From NCBI GenBank assembly GCA_964016885.1, contig OZ024741.1, positions 236,778,001 through 236,842,000 of the forward strand: a stretch of DNA of 64,000 bases, read 5' to 3'. The notes beneath the pieces were generated by a model. The model had not been told where the DNA came from. It did no database searches and worked only from the letters and a program-made list of their open reading frames with translations. Both the position numbers and the translations under genes were made by a program. Positions 16,601 through 29,882 of the stretch are shown one piece after another. The number at the start of each line of letters is the position of its first letter. Position 1 is the stretch's first letter. This DNA is from Eledone cirrhosa (lineage: Eukaryota).

Positions 16601-18415
16601 CACTTCATTCACTGCTATGTAGTCAATAGTATGATTGTTAACACACACACACTTGATTCACTGCTTATGTAGTCAATAGTATAACTGTTAACTCTACACA
16701 CTTGATTCACTGCTCTGTAGTCAATAGTATGACTGTTAACACACACACACTTGATTCACTGCTATGTAGTCAATATTACGACTGTTAACACACACACACT
16801 TGATTCACTGTTATGTAGTCAGTAGTATGACTGTTAACACACACACTTGATTCACTGCTATGTAGTCAATAGTATGACTGTTAACACACACTTCATTCAC
16901 TGCTATGTAGTCAATATTCTGATTGTTAACTCTACACACGTGATTCACTGCTATGTAGTCAATAGTATGACTATTAACTCTACACACTTGATTCACTGCT
17001 ATGTAGTCAATAGTATGACTGTTAACACACATACACAGTTGATTCACTGCTATGTAGTCAATAGTATGACTGTTATCACACACACACTTCATTCACTGCT
17101 ATGTAATCAATAGTATGACCGTTAATTCTACACACTTGATTCACTGCTATGTAGTCAATAGTATGAGTATTAACACAGACACACTTGATTCACTGCTATG
17201 TATTCAAAAGTATGGCTGTTAAATCTGTACACGTGATTCACTGCTATGTAGTCAATAGTATGACTATTAAATCTACACACTTGATTCACTGCTATGTAGT
17301 CAATAGTATGACTGTTAACACACACACACAGTTGATTCACTGCTATGTAGTCAATAGTATGACTGTTATCACACACACACTTGATTCACTGCTATGTAGT
17401 CAATAGTGTGACTGTTAACACACACACTCACTTGATTCACTGCTATGTAGTCAAGAGTATGACTGTTAACTCTACACACTTAATTCACTGCTATGTAGTC
17501 AATAGTATGAATGTTAACACACACACACTTGATTCACTGCTATGTAGTCAATAGTATAACTGTTAACTCTACACACTTGATACTTGATTCACTACTATGT
17601 AGTCAATAGTATGACTTTTAACACACACACACTTTATTCACTGGTATGTAGTCAATAGTATGACTGTTAACACACACACACTGCATTCACTGCTATGTAG
17701 TCAATATTATGATTGTTAACTCTAAACACGAGATTCACGGCTATGTAGTCAATAGTATGACTGTTAACTCTACACACTTGATTCACTGCTATGTAGTCAA
17801 GATTATGGCTATTGACGCACACACACTTGATTCACTGCTATGATTCAATACAATATAGTCAATAGTATGACTGTTAACTCTACACACTTGATTCACTGCT
17901 ATGATTCAATACAATATAGTCAATAGTATGACTGTTAACTCTACACACTTGATTCACTGCAATGTAGTCATTAGTATGACTGTTAACACACACACTTGAT
18001 TCACTGCTATGTAGTCAATAGTATGATTGTTAACACACACACACTTGATTCACTGCTTATGTAGTCAATAGTATAACTGTTAACTCTACACACTTGATTC
18101 ACTGCTCTGTAGTCAATAGTATGACTGTTAACACACACACACTTGATTCACTGCTATGTAGTCAATATTATGACTGTTAACACACACACACTTGATTCAC
18201 TGCTATGTAGTCGAGAGTATAACTGTTAACACACACACACACTTGATTCACTGTTATGTAGTCAATAGTATGACTGTTAACACACACACACTTGATTCAC
18301 TGCTATGTAGTCAATAGTATAACTGTTAACTCTACACACTTAATTCACTGCTCTGTAGTCAATAGTATGACTGTTAACGCACACACACTTGATTCACTGC
18401 TATGTAGTCAATATT

Positions 18416-18595
18416 GGTGGATTGGCAGTATCGGTAGAGGGTCGGACGCCATGCTTTCCAGCATAGTTACGTCCCTTTACCATCTGAGTTCAAATCCCGC
18501 CGAGGTTGACTTTGCCTTTCATCCTTACGGGGTCGATAAAATAAAGTACCAGTAATGCACTGGTAATTGCTGGCCTTGTGCCTAAAGTAGAAACA
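18416..18595 (+). mobile_element. tRNA-derived SINE, same family, lacking the first 3 nt (180 bp)
   Basis: Differs from the 59.4-kb copy by 2 substitutions, one 1-nt indel and the missing 5' GGC. It splits a monomer as CAAT-ATT[SINE]ATT-ATGACTG. A box 18423-18434, B box 18486-18498. Confidence 0.92.
18423..18498 (+). promoter_or_regulatory. Internal Pol III promoter (A and B boxes) of SINE copy 1
   Basis: TGGCAGTATCGG at 18423-18434 and GAGTTCAAATCCC at 18486-18498. Confidence 0.7.
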
Positions 18596-21500
18596 ATTAT
18601 GACTGTTAACACACACACACACTTGATTCACTGTTATGTAGTCAATAGTATGACTGTTAACAAACACACACTTGATTCACTGCTATGTAGTCAATATTAT
18701 GATTGTTAACTGTACACACGTGATTCACTGCTATGTAGTCAATAGTATGACTGTTAACTCTACACACTTGATTCACTGCTATGTAGTCAAGATTATGGCT
18801 GTTGACGCACGCACACTTGATTCACTGCTATGTAGTCAATAGTATGACTGTTAACACACACACACGTGATTCACTGCTATGTAGTCAATAGTATGAGTGT
18901 TAACTCTACACACTTGATTCACTGTTATGGAGTCAATAGTATGCCTGTTAACTCTACACACTCACTTGATTAACTGCTATGTAGTCAATAGTATGACTGT
19001 TAACACACACACACTTGATTCACTGCTATGTAGTAAATAGTATGACCGTTAACACACACCCACTTGTTTCAGTTCTATGTAATCAATAGTATGACTGTTA
19101 ACTCTACACACTTGATTCACTGCTATGTAGTCAAGATTATGGCTGTTGACGCACGCACACTTGATTCACTTCTATGTAGTCCATAGTATGACTGTTAACT
19201 CTACACACATGATTCACTGCTATGTAGTCAATAGTATGACTGTTAACTCTACAAACTTGATTCACTGCTATGTAGTCAATAGTATGACTGTTAACTCTAC
19301 ACACTTTATTCCCTGCTATGTAGTCAATAGTATGACTGTTAACTCTACACGCTTGATTCACTGCTATATAGTCAATAGTATGACAGTTAACTCTACACAC
19401 TTGATTCACTGCTGTGTAGTCAATAATATGACTTTTAACACACACACACTTGATTCACTGCTATGCAGTCAATAGTATGACTGTTAAATCTACACACTTG
19501 ATTCACTGTTATATATTCAATAGTATGAATGTTAACACACACGCGCTTGATTCACTGCTATGTAGTCAATAGTATGACTGTTAACACACACAAACTTGAT
19601 TCACTGCTATGTAGTCAATAGTATGATTGTTAACGCCACACACTTGATTCACTGCTATGTAGTCAATAGCATGAATGTTAACACACACACACTTGATTCA
19701 CTGATATATAGTCAATAGTATGACTGTTAACTCTACACACTTGATTCACTGCTATGTAGTCAATAGTATGACTGTTAACTCTACACACTTGATTCACTGC
19801 TATGTAGTGAATAGTATGATTGTTAACACACACACGCACTTGATTCACTGCTATGTAGTCAGTAGTATGACTGTTAACGCTACACACTTGATTCACTGCT
19901 ATATTGTAAATAGTATAACTGTTAACTCTACACACTTGATTCACTGCTATGTAGTCAATAGTCTGACTGTTAACACACACACACTTGAATCACTGCTATG
20001 TAGTCAATAGTATGTCTGTTAACACACACACGGTTGATTCACTGCTATGTAGTCAATAGTATGACTGTTAACACACACACACTTGATACACTGCTATGTA
20101 GTCAATAGTATGACTGTTAACACACACACACTTGATACACTGCTATGTAGTCAATAGTCTGACTGTTAACACACACACACTTGAATCACTGCTATGTAGT
20201 CAATAGTATGACTGTTAACACACACACTTGATTCACTGCTATGTAGTCAATAGTATGACTGTTAACACACACACACTTGATTCACTGCTATGTAGTCAAC
20301 AGTATGACTGTTAACACATACACACTTGATTCACTGCTATGTAGTCAATAGTATGACTGTTAACACAAACACACACTTGATTCACTGTTATGTAGTCAAT
20401 AGTATGACTGTTAACACACACACACTTGATTCACTGCTATGAAGTCAATAGTATAACTTTTAACTCTACACACTTGATACTTGATTCACTGCTATGTAGT
20501 CAATAGTATGACTGTTAACACACACTTCATTCACTGCTATGTAGTCAATAGTATGACTGTTAACTCTACACACTTGATTCACTGCTATGTAGTCAAGATT
20601 ATGGCTGTTGAGGCACACACACTTGATTCACTGCTATGTAGTCAATAGTACGACTGTTAACTCTACACATTTGATTCACTGCTCTGATTCAATAGTATGA
20701 CTGTTAACACACGCACTCACTTGATTCACTGCTATGTAGTCAAGAGTATGACTGTTAACTCTACACACTTGATTCACTGCTATGTAGTCAATATTATGAA
20801 TGTTAACACACACACACTTGATTCACTGCTATGTAGTCAATAGCATGACTGTTAACACACACACACACTTGATTCACTTCTATGTAGTCAATAGTATGAC
20901 TGTTAACACACACACACTTGATTCACTGTTATGTAGTCAATAGTATGACTGTTAACTCTACACACACACTTGATTCACTGCTATGTAGTCAATAGTATGA
21001 CTATTAACACAGACACACTTGATTCACTGCTATGTATTCAATAGTATGGCTGTTAAATCTGTACACTTGATTTACTGCTATGTAGTCAATAGTATGACCG
21101 TTAACTCTACACACTTGATTCACTGCTATGTATTCAATAGTATGACTGTTAACACATACACACTCCATTCGCTGCTATGTAGTCAATAGTATGACTGTTA
21201 ACACACACACATGTGATTCACTGCTATGTAGTCAATAGTATGACTGTTAACGCAAAAACACTTGATTCACAGTTATGTAGTCAATAGTATGTCTGTTAAC
21301 TCTACACACACACTTGATTCACTGCTATGTAGTCAATAGTATGACTTTTAACACACAAACACTTGATTCACTGCTATGTAGTAAATGGTATGACTGTTAA
21401 CTCTACACACTTGATTCACTGCTATGTAGTTAATAATATGACTCTTAACTCTATACACTTGATTCACTGCTATGTAGTCAATAGTATGACTGTTAACACA

Positions 21501-22692
21501 CACACACTTGATTCACTGCTATGTAGTCAATATTATGACTGTTAACACACACACACTTGATTCACTGCTATGTAGTCAATAGTATGACTGTTAACACACA
21601 CACACACTTGATTCACTGTTATGTAGTCAATAGTATGACTGTTAACATACACACACTTGATTCACTGCTATGTAGTCAATAGCATAACTGTTAACTCTAC
21701 ACACTTGATACTTGATTCACTGCATTGTAGTCAATAGTATGACTGTTAAAACACACACTCTTGAATCACTGCTATGTAGTCAATAGTATGACTGTTAACA
21801 CACACACACTTGATGCACTGTTATGTAGTCAATAGTATAACTGTTAACACACACACTTGATTCACTGCTATGTAGTCAATAGTATAACTGTTAACTCTAC
21901 ACACTTGATACTTGATTCACTACTATGTAGTCAATAGTATGACTGTTAACACACACACACTGCATTCACTGCTATGTAGTCAATATTATGATTGTTAACT
22001 CTAAACACGAGATTCACGGCTATGTAGTCAATAGTATGACTGTTAACTCTACACACTTGATTCACTGCTATGTAGTCAAGATTATGGCTATTGACGCACA
22101 CACACTTGATTCACTGCTATGATTCAATACAATATAGTCTATAGTATGACTGTTAACTCTACACACTTGATTCACTGCTATGATTCAATACAATATAGTC
22201 AATAGTATGACTGTTAACTCTACACACTTGATTCACTGCAATGTAGTCATTAGTATGACTGTTAACACACACACTTGATTCACTGCTATGTAGTCAATAG
22301 TATGATTGTTAACACACACACACTTGATTCACTGCTTATGTAGTCAATAGTATAACTGTTAACTCTACACACTTGATTCACTGCTCTGTAGTCAATAGTA
22401 TGACTGTTAACACACACACACTTGATTCACTGCTATGTAGTCAATATTATGACTGTTAACACACACACACTTGATTCACTGCTATGTAGTCGAGAGTATA
22501 ACTGTTAACACACACACACACTTGATTCACTGTTATGTAGTCAATAGTATGACTGTTAACACACACACTTGATTCACTGCTATGTAGTCAATAGTATAAC
22601 TGTTAACTCTACACACTTAATTCACTGCTCTGTAGTCAATAGTATGACTGTTAACGCACACACACTTGATTCACTGCTATGTAGTCAATATT

Positions 22693-22872
22693 GGTGGATT
22701 GGCAGTATCGGTAGAGGGTCGGACGCCATGCTTTCCAGCATAGTTACGTCCCTTTACCATCTGAGTTCAAATTCCGCCGAGGTTGACTTTGCCTTTCATC
22801 CTTACGGGGTCGATAAAATAAAGTACCAGTAATGCACTGGTAATTGCTGGCCTTGTGCCTAAAGTAGAAACA
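22693..22872 (+). mobile_element. tRNA-derived SINE, duplicate of the 18416 copy (180 bp)
   Basis: Same 5' truncation, same junctions and same flanking monomer variants as 18416-18595 (offset 4277). One substitution: C18496 vs T22773. Confidence 0.92.
22700..22775 (+). promoter_or_regulatory. Internal Pol III promoter (A and B boxes) of SINE copy 2
   Basis: TGGCAGTATCGG at 22700-22711 and GAGTTCAAATTCC at 22763-22775 (one change in the B box). Confidence 0.65.
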
Positions 22873-23259
22873 ATTATGACTGTTAACACACACACACACT
22901 TGATTCACTGTTATGTAGTCAATAGTATGACTGTTAACAAACACACACTTGATTCACTGCTATGTAGTCAATATTATGATTGTTAACTGTACACACGTGA
23001 TTCACTGCTATGTAGTCAATAGTATGACTGTTAACTCTACACACTTGATTCACTGCTATGTAGTCAAGATTATGGCTGTTGACGCACGCACACTTGATTC
23101 ACTGTTATGTAGTCAATAGTATGACTGTTAACACACACACACGTGATTCACTGCTATGTAGTCAATAGTATGAGTGTTAACTCTACACACTTGATTCACT
23201 GCTATGGAGTCAATAGTATGACTGTTAACACACACACACTTGATTCACTGCTATGTAGT

Positions 23260-26200
23260 AAATAGTATGACCGTTAACACACACCCACTTGTTTCAGTTC
23301 TATGTAATCAATAGTATGACTGTTAAGTCTACACACTTGATTCACTTCTATGTAGTCCATAGTATGACTGTTAACTCTACACACATGATTCACTGCTATG
23401 TAGTCAATAGTATGACTGTTAACTCTACAAACTTGTTTCACTGCTATGTAGTCAATAGTATGACTGTTAACTCTACACACTTTATTCCCTGCTATGTAGT
23501 CAATAGTATGACTGTTAACTCTACACGCTTGATTCACTGCTATATAGTCAATAGTATGACAGTTAACTCTACACACTTGATTCACTGCTATGTAGTCAAT
23601 AATATGACTTTTAACACACACACACTTGATTCACTGCTATGCAGTCAATAGTATGACTGTTAAATCTACACACTTGATTCACTGCTATATATTCAATAGT
23701 ATGAATGTTAACACACACGCGCTTGATTCACTGCTATGTAGTCAATAGTATGACTGTTAACACACACAAACTTGATTCACTGCTATGTAGTCAATAGTAT
23801 GATTGTTAACGCCACACACTTGATTCACTGCTATGTAGTCAATAGTATGAATGTTAACACACACACACTTGATTCACTGATATATAGTCAATAGTATGAC
23901 TGTTAACTCTACACACTTGATTCACTGCTATGTAGTCAATAGTATGACTGTTAACTCTACACACTTGATTCACTGCTATGTAGTGAATAGTATGATTGTT
24001 AACACACACACGCACTTGATTCACTGCTATGTAGTCAGTAGTATGACTGTTAACGCTACACACTTGATTCACTGCTATATTGTAAATAGTATAACTGTTA
24101 ACTCTACACACTTGATTCACTGCTATGTAGTCAATAGTCTGACTGTTAACACACACACACTTGATTCACTGCTATGTAGTCAATAGTCTGACTGTTAACA
24201 CACACACACTTGAATCACTGCTATGTAGTCAATAGTATGACTGTTAACACACACACACTTGATACACTGCTATGTAGTCAATAGTATGACTGTTAACACA
24301 CACACACTTGATACACTGCTATGTAGTCAATAGTCTGACTGTTAACACACACACACTTGAATCACTGCTATGTAGTCAATAGTATGACTGTTAACACACA
24401 CACTTGATTCACTGCTATGTAGTCAATAGTATGACTGTTAACACACACACACTTGATTCACTGCTATGTAGTCAACAGTATGACTGTTAACACATACACA
24501 CTTGATTCACTGCTATGTAGTCAATAGTATAACTGTTGACACACACAAACTTGATTCACTGCTATGCAGTCAATAGTATGACTGTTAACTCTATACACTT
24601 GATTCACTGCTATGTAGTCGATAGTATGACTGTTAACACACACACAATTGATTAACTGCTATGTAGTTAATAGTATGACTGTTAACACACACACACTCGA
24701 TTCACTGCTATGTAGTCAATAGTATGACTGTTAACACACACACACTTGATTCACTGCTATGCAGTCAATAGTATGACTGTTAAATCTACACACTTGATTC
24801 ACTGCTATATATTCAATAGTATGACTGTTAACACACACACGCTTGATTCACTGCTATGTAGTCAATAGTATGACTGTTAACACACACACACTTGATTCAC
24901 TGCTATGTAGTAAATAGTATGACTGTTAACACACACACACTTGTTTCAGATCTATGTAGTCAATAGAATGACTGTTAACTCTACACGCGTGATTCACTGC
25001 TATATAGTCAATAGTATGACTGTTAACTCTACACACATGATTCACTGCCATGTATTCAATAGTATGACTGTTAACTCTACACACTTGATTCACTGCTATG
25101 TAGTCAATAGTATGACTGTTAACACACACACGCACTTGATTCACTGCTATGTAGTCAATAGTATGACTCTTAACAAACACACACTTGATTCACTTCTATG
25201 TAGTCAATAGTATGGCTCTTAACTCCACATACGTGATTCACTGCTATGTAGTCAATAGTATGACTGTTAACACAGACACACTTGATTAACTGCTATGCAA
25301 TCAATAGTATGACTGTTAAATCTACACACTTGATTCACTGCTATATATTCAATAGTATGACTGCTAACACACACACGCTTGATTCACTGCTATGTAGTCA
25401 TTAGTATGACTGTTAACACACACACACTTGATTCACTGCTCTGTAGTCAATAGTATGACTGTTAACATACACACACACTTGATTCACTGTTATGTAGTCA
25501 ATAGTATGACTGTTAACACACACACACTTGATTCACTGCTATGTAGTCAATAGTATGACTGTTAACTCTACACACTTTAATCACTGCTATGTAGTCAATA
25601 GTATGACTGTTAACACTCACACACACTTGATTCACTGTTATGTAGTCAATAGTATGACTGTTAACACACACACACTTTACTCACTGCTATGTAGTCAATA
25701 GTATGACTGATAACTCTACACCCTTGATTCACTGCTATGTAGTCAATAGTATGACTGTTAACACACACACACACTTGATTCACTGCTATATATTCAATAG
25801 TATGACTGTTAACACACACACGCTTGATTCACTGCTATGTAGTCAATGGTATGACCGTTAACACCCACCCACTTGTTTCAGTTCTATGTAATCAATAGTA
25901 TGACTGTTAAGTCTACACACTTGATTCACTTCTATGTAGTCCATAGTATGACTGTTAACTCTACACGCATGATTCACTGCTATGTAGTCAATAGTATGAC
26001 TGTTAACTCTACAAACTTGATTCACTGCTATGTAGTCAATAGTATGACTGTTAACTCTACACACTTTATTCCCTGCTATGTAGTCAATAGTATGACTGTT
26101 AATTCTACACACTTGATTCACTGCTATATAGTCAATAGTATGACAGTTAACTCTACACACTTGATTCACTGCGATGTAGTCAATAATATGACTTTTAACA

Positions 26201-27600
26201 CACACACACTTGATTCACTGCTATGCAGTCAATAGTATGACTGTTAAATCTACACACTTGATTCACTGCTATATATTCAATAGTATGAATGTTAACACAC
26301 ACGCGCTTGATTCACTGCTATGTAGTCAATAGTATGACTGTTAACACACACAAACTTGATTCACTGCTATGTAGTCAATAGTATGATTGTTAACGCCACA
26401 CACTTGATTCACTGCTATGTAGTCAATAGTATGAATGTTAACACACACACACTTGATTCACTGATATATAGTCAATAGTATGACTGTTAACTCTACACAC
26501 TTGATTCACTGCTATGTAGTCAATAGTATGACTGTTAAATCTACACACTTGATTCACTGCTATATAGTAAATAGTATAACTGTTAACTCTACACGCTTGA
26601 TTCACTGCTATGTTGTCAATAGTATGACTGTTAACTCTACACACTTGATTCACTGCTATGTAGTGAATAGTATGATTGTTAACACACACACGCACTTGAT
26701 TCACTGCTATGTAGTCAATAGTATGACTGTTAACGCTACACACTTGATTCACTGCTATATCGTAAATAGTATAACTGTTAACTCTACACACTTGATTCAC
26801 TGCTATGTAGTCAATAGTCTGACTGTTAACACACACACACTTGAATCACTGCTATGTAGTCAATAGTATGTCTGTTAACACACACACGGTTGATTCACTG
26901 CTATGTAGTCAATAGTATGACTGTTAACACACACACACTTGATACACTGCTATGTAGTCAATAGTATGACTGTTAACACACACACACTTGATACACTGCT
27001 ATGTAGTCAATAGTCTGACTGTTAACACACACACACTTGAATCACTGCTATGTAGTCAATAGTATGACTGTTAACACACACACTTGATTCACTGCTATGT
27101 AGTCAATAGTATGACTGTTAACACACACACACTTGATTCACTGCTATGTAGTCAACAGTATGACTGTTAACACATACACACTTGATTCACTGCTATGTAG
27201 TCAATAGTATAACTGTTGACACACACACACTTGATTCACTGCTATGCAGTCAATAGTATGACTGTTAACTCTATACACTTGATTCACTGCTATGTAGTCG
27301 ATAGTATGACTGTTAACACACACACAATTGATTAACTGCTATGTAGTTAATAGTATGACTGCTAACACACACACACTTGATTCACTGCTATGTAGTCAAT
27401 AGTATGACTGTTAACACACACACACTTGATTCACAGCTATGCAGTCAATAGTATGACTGTTAAATCTACACACTTGATTCACTGCTATATATTCAATAGT
27501 ATGACTGTTAACACACACACGCTTGATTCACTGCTATGTAGTCAATAGTATGACTGTTAACACACACACACTTGATTCACTGCTATGTAGTAAATAGTAT
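23260..27600 (+). repeat. Duplicated block (about 23260-24935 and 25845-27600)
   Basis: Near-identical ORFs 23274/25858 and 23854/26438 at offset 2584; the second copy later gains two 48-mers. Confidence 0.8.
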
Positions 27601-29150
27601 GACTGTTAACACACACGTGATTCACTGCTATGTAGTCAATAGTATGAGTGTTAACTCTACACACTTGATTCACTGCTATGGAGTCAATAGTATGACTGTT
27701 AACTCTACACACACACTTGATTAATTGCTATGTAGTCAATAGTATGACTGTTAACACACACACACTTGATTCACTGCTAGGTAGTAAATAGTATGACTGT
27801 TAACACACACTTGTTTCAGTTCTATGTAATCAATAGTATGACTGTTAAGTCTACACACTTGATTCACTTCTATGTAGTCCATAGTATGACTGTTAACTCT
27901 ACACACTTGATTCACTGCAATGTAGTCAATAGTATGACCGTTAACTCTACACACGGGATTCACTGCTATGTAGTCAATAGTATGACTGTTAACTCTAGAC
28001 ACTTGATTCACTGATATGTAGTCAATAGTATGACTGTTAACACACACACACTTGATTCACTGCTATGTAGTCAATAGTATGACTGTTAACACATACACGC
28101 TTGATTCACTGCTATGTAGTCAATAATATGACTGTTAACTCACACACACTTGATTCACTGCTATGTAGTCAATAGTATGACTGTTAACACACACACACTT
28201 CATTCACTGCTATGTAGTCAATAGTATGACTGTTAACACACACACACTTGATTCACTGCTATGTAGACAATAGTATGACTGTTAACACACACACACTTGA
28301 TTCACTGCTATGTAGTAAATAGTATGACTGTTAACACACACACACTTGTTTCAGATCTATGTAGTCAATAGAATGACTGTTAACTCTACACACGTGATTC
28401 ACTGCTATATAGTCAATAGTATGACTGTTAACTCTACACACATGATTCACTGCCATGTATTCAATAGTATGACTGTTAACTCTACACACTTGATTCACTG
28501 CTATGTAGTCAATAGTATGACTGTTAACACACACACGCACTTGATTCACTGCTATGTAGTCAATAGTATGACTCTTAACAAACACACACTTGATTCACTT
28601 CTATGTAGTCAATAGTATGGCTCTTAACTCCACATACGTGATTCACTGCTATGTAGTCAATAGTATGACTGTTAACACAGACACACTTGATTAACTGCTA
28701 TGCAGTCAATAGTATGACTGTTAAATCTACACACTTGATTCACTGCTATATATTCAATAGTATGACTGTTAACATACACACGCTTGATTCGCTGCTATGT
28801 AGTCATTAGTATGACTGGTAACACACACACACTTGATTCACTGCTCTGTAGTCAATAGTATGACTGTTAACATACACACACACTTGATTCACTGTTATGT
28901 AGTCAATAGTATGACTGTTAACACACACACACTTCATTCACTGCTATGTAGTCAATAGTATGACTGTTAACTCTACACACTTTAATCACTGCTATGTAGT
29001 CAATAGTATGACTGTTAACACTCACACACACTTGATTCACTGTTATGTAGTCAATAGTATGACTGTTAACACACACACACTTTACTCACTGCTATGTAGT
29101 CAATAGTATGACTGATAACTCTACACCCTTGATTCACTGCTATGTAGTCA
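24890..29150 (+). repeat. Duplicated block of about 0.85 kb at offset 3405 (about 24890-25745 and 28295-29150)
   Basis: ORFs 24926/28331 differ by one residue; shared variants TTGTTTCAGATCT and CTCTTAACTCCACATACGTG. Confidence 0.8.
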
Positions 29151-29882
29151 ATAGTATGATTGTTAACTCTACACACTTGATTCACTGCTATGTAGTCAAT
29201 AATATGACTGTTAACACTCACACACACTTGATTCACTGCTATGTAGTCAATAGTATGACTGTTAACACACACACACTTTATTCACTGCTATGTAGTCAAT
29301 AGTATGACTGTTAACTCTACACATTTTATTCACTGCTATGTAGTCAATAGTATGACTGTTAACACTCACACAGACTTGATTCACTGCTATGTAGTCAATA
29401 GTATGACTGTTAACACACACACACTTTATTCACTGCTATGTAGTCAATAGTATGACTGATAACTCTACACACTTGATTCACTGCTATGTAGTCAATAGTA
29501 TGACTGTTAACTCTACACACTTGATTCACTGCTATGTAGTCAATAGTATGACTGTTAACACTCACACACACTTGGTTCACTGCTATGTAGTCAATAGTAT
29601 GACTGTTAACACACACACACTTTATTCACTGCTATGTAGTCAATATTATGACTGTTACCACACACACACTTAATTCACTGCTATGTAGTCAATAGCATGA
29701 CTGTGAACACACACACACTTGAGTCAGTAATATGCAGTCAATATTATGACTGTTAACTCTACACACTTGATTCACTGCTATGTATTCAATATTATGACTG
29801 TTAACACACACACACTTGATTCACTGCTATGTAGTAAATAGTATGACTGTTAACTCTACACACTTGATCCACTGCTATGTAT

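Larger units (their letters stand above)
17529..24530 (+). repeat. Duplicated block of about 2.8 kb carrying the SINE (about 17529-20350 and 21857-24530)
   Basis: Same order of rare variants, 61-bp monomers and SINE. The offset steps from 4328 to 4277 to 4176 mostly through whole-monomer losses (ORFs 18292/22569, 19678/23854). Confidence 0.88.

Noticed and set aside
18292-18667. ORFs with a non-repetitive peptide (WIGSIGRGSDAML...DKIKYQ), also at 22569 and 59353
   Set aside because: Chance read-through from satellite into the non-coding SINE; they begin in repeat monomers.
18416-22872. The two identical-junction SINE copies as LTRs or ends of a 4.4-kb composite element
   Set aside because: The duplicated region extends far beyond both SINEs, the interior is only satellite, and there are no TG...CA ends or primer-binding site.
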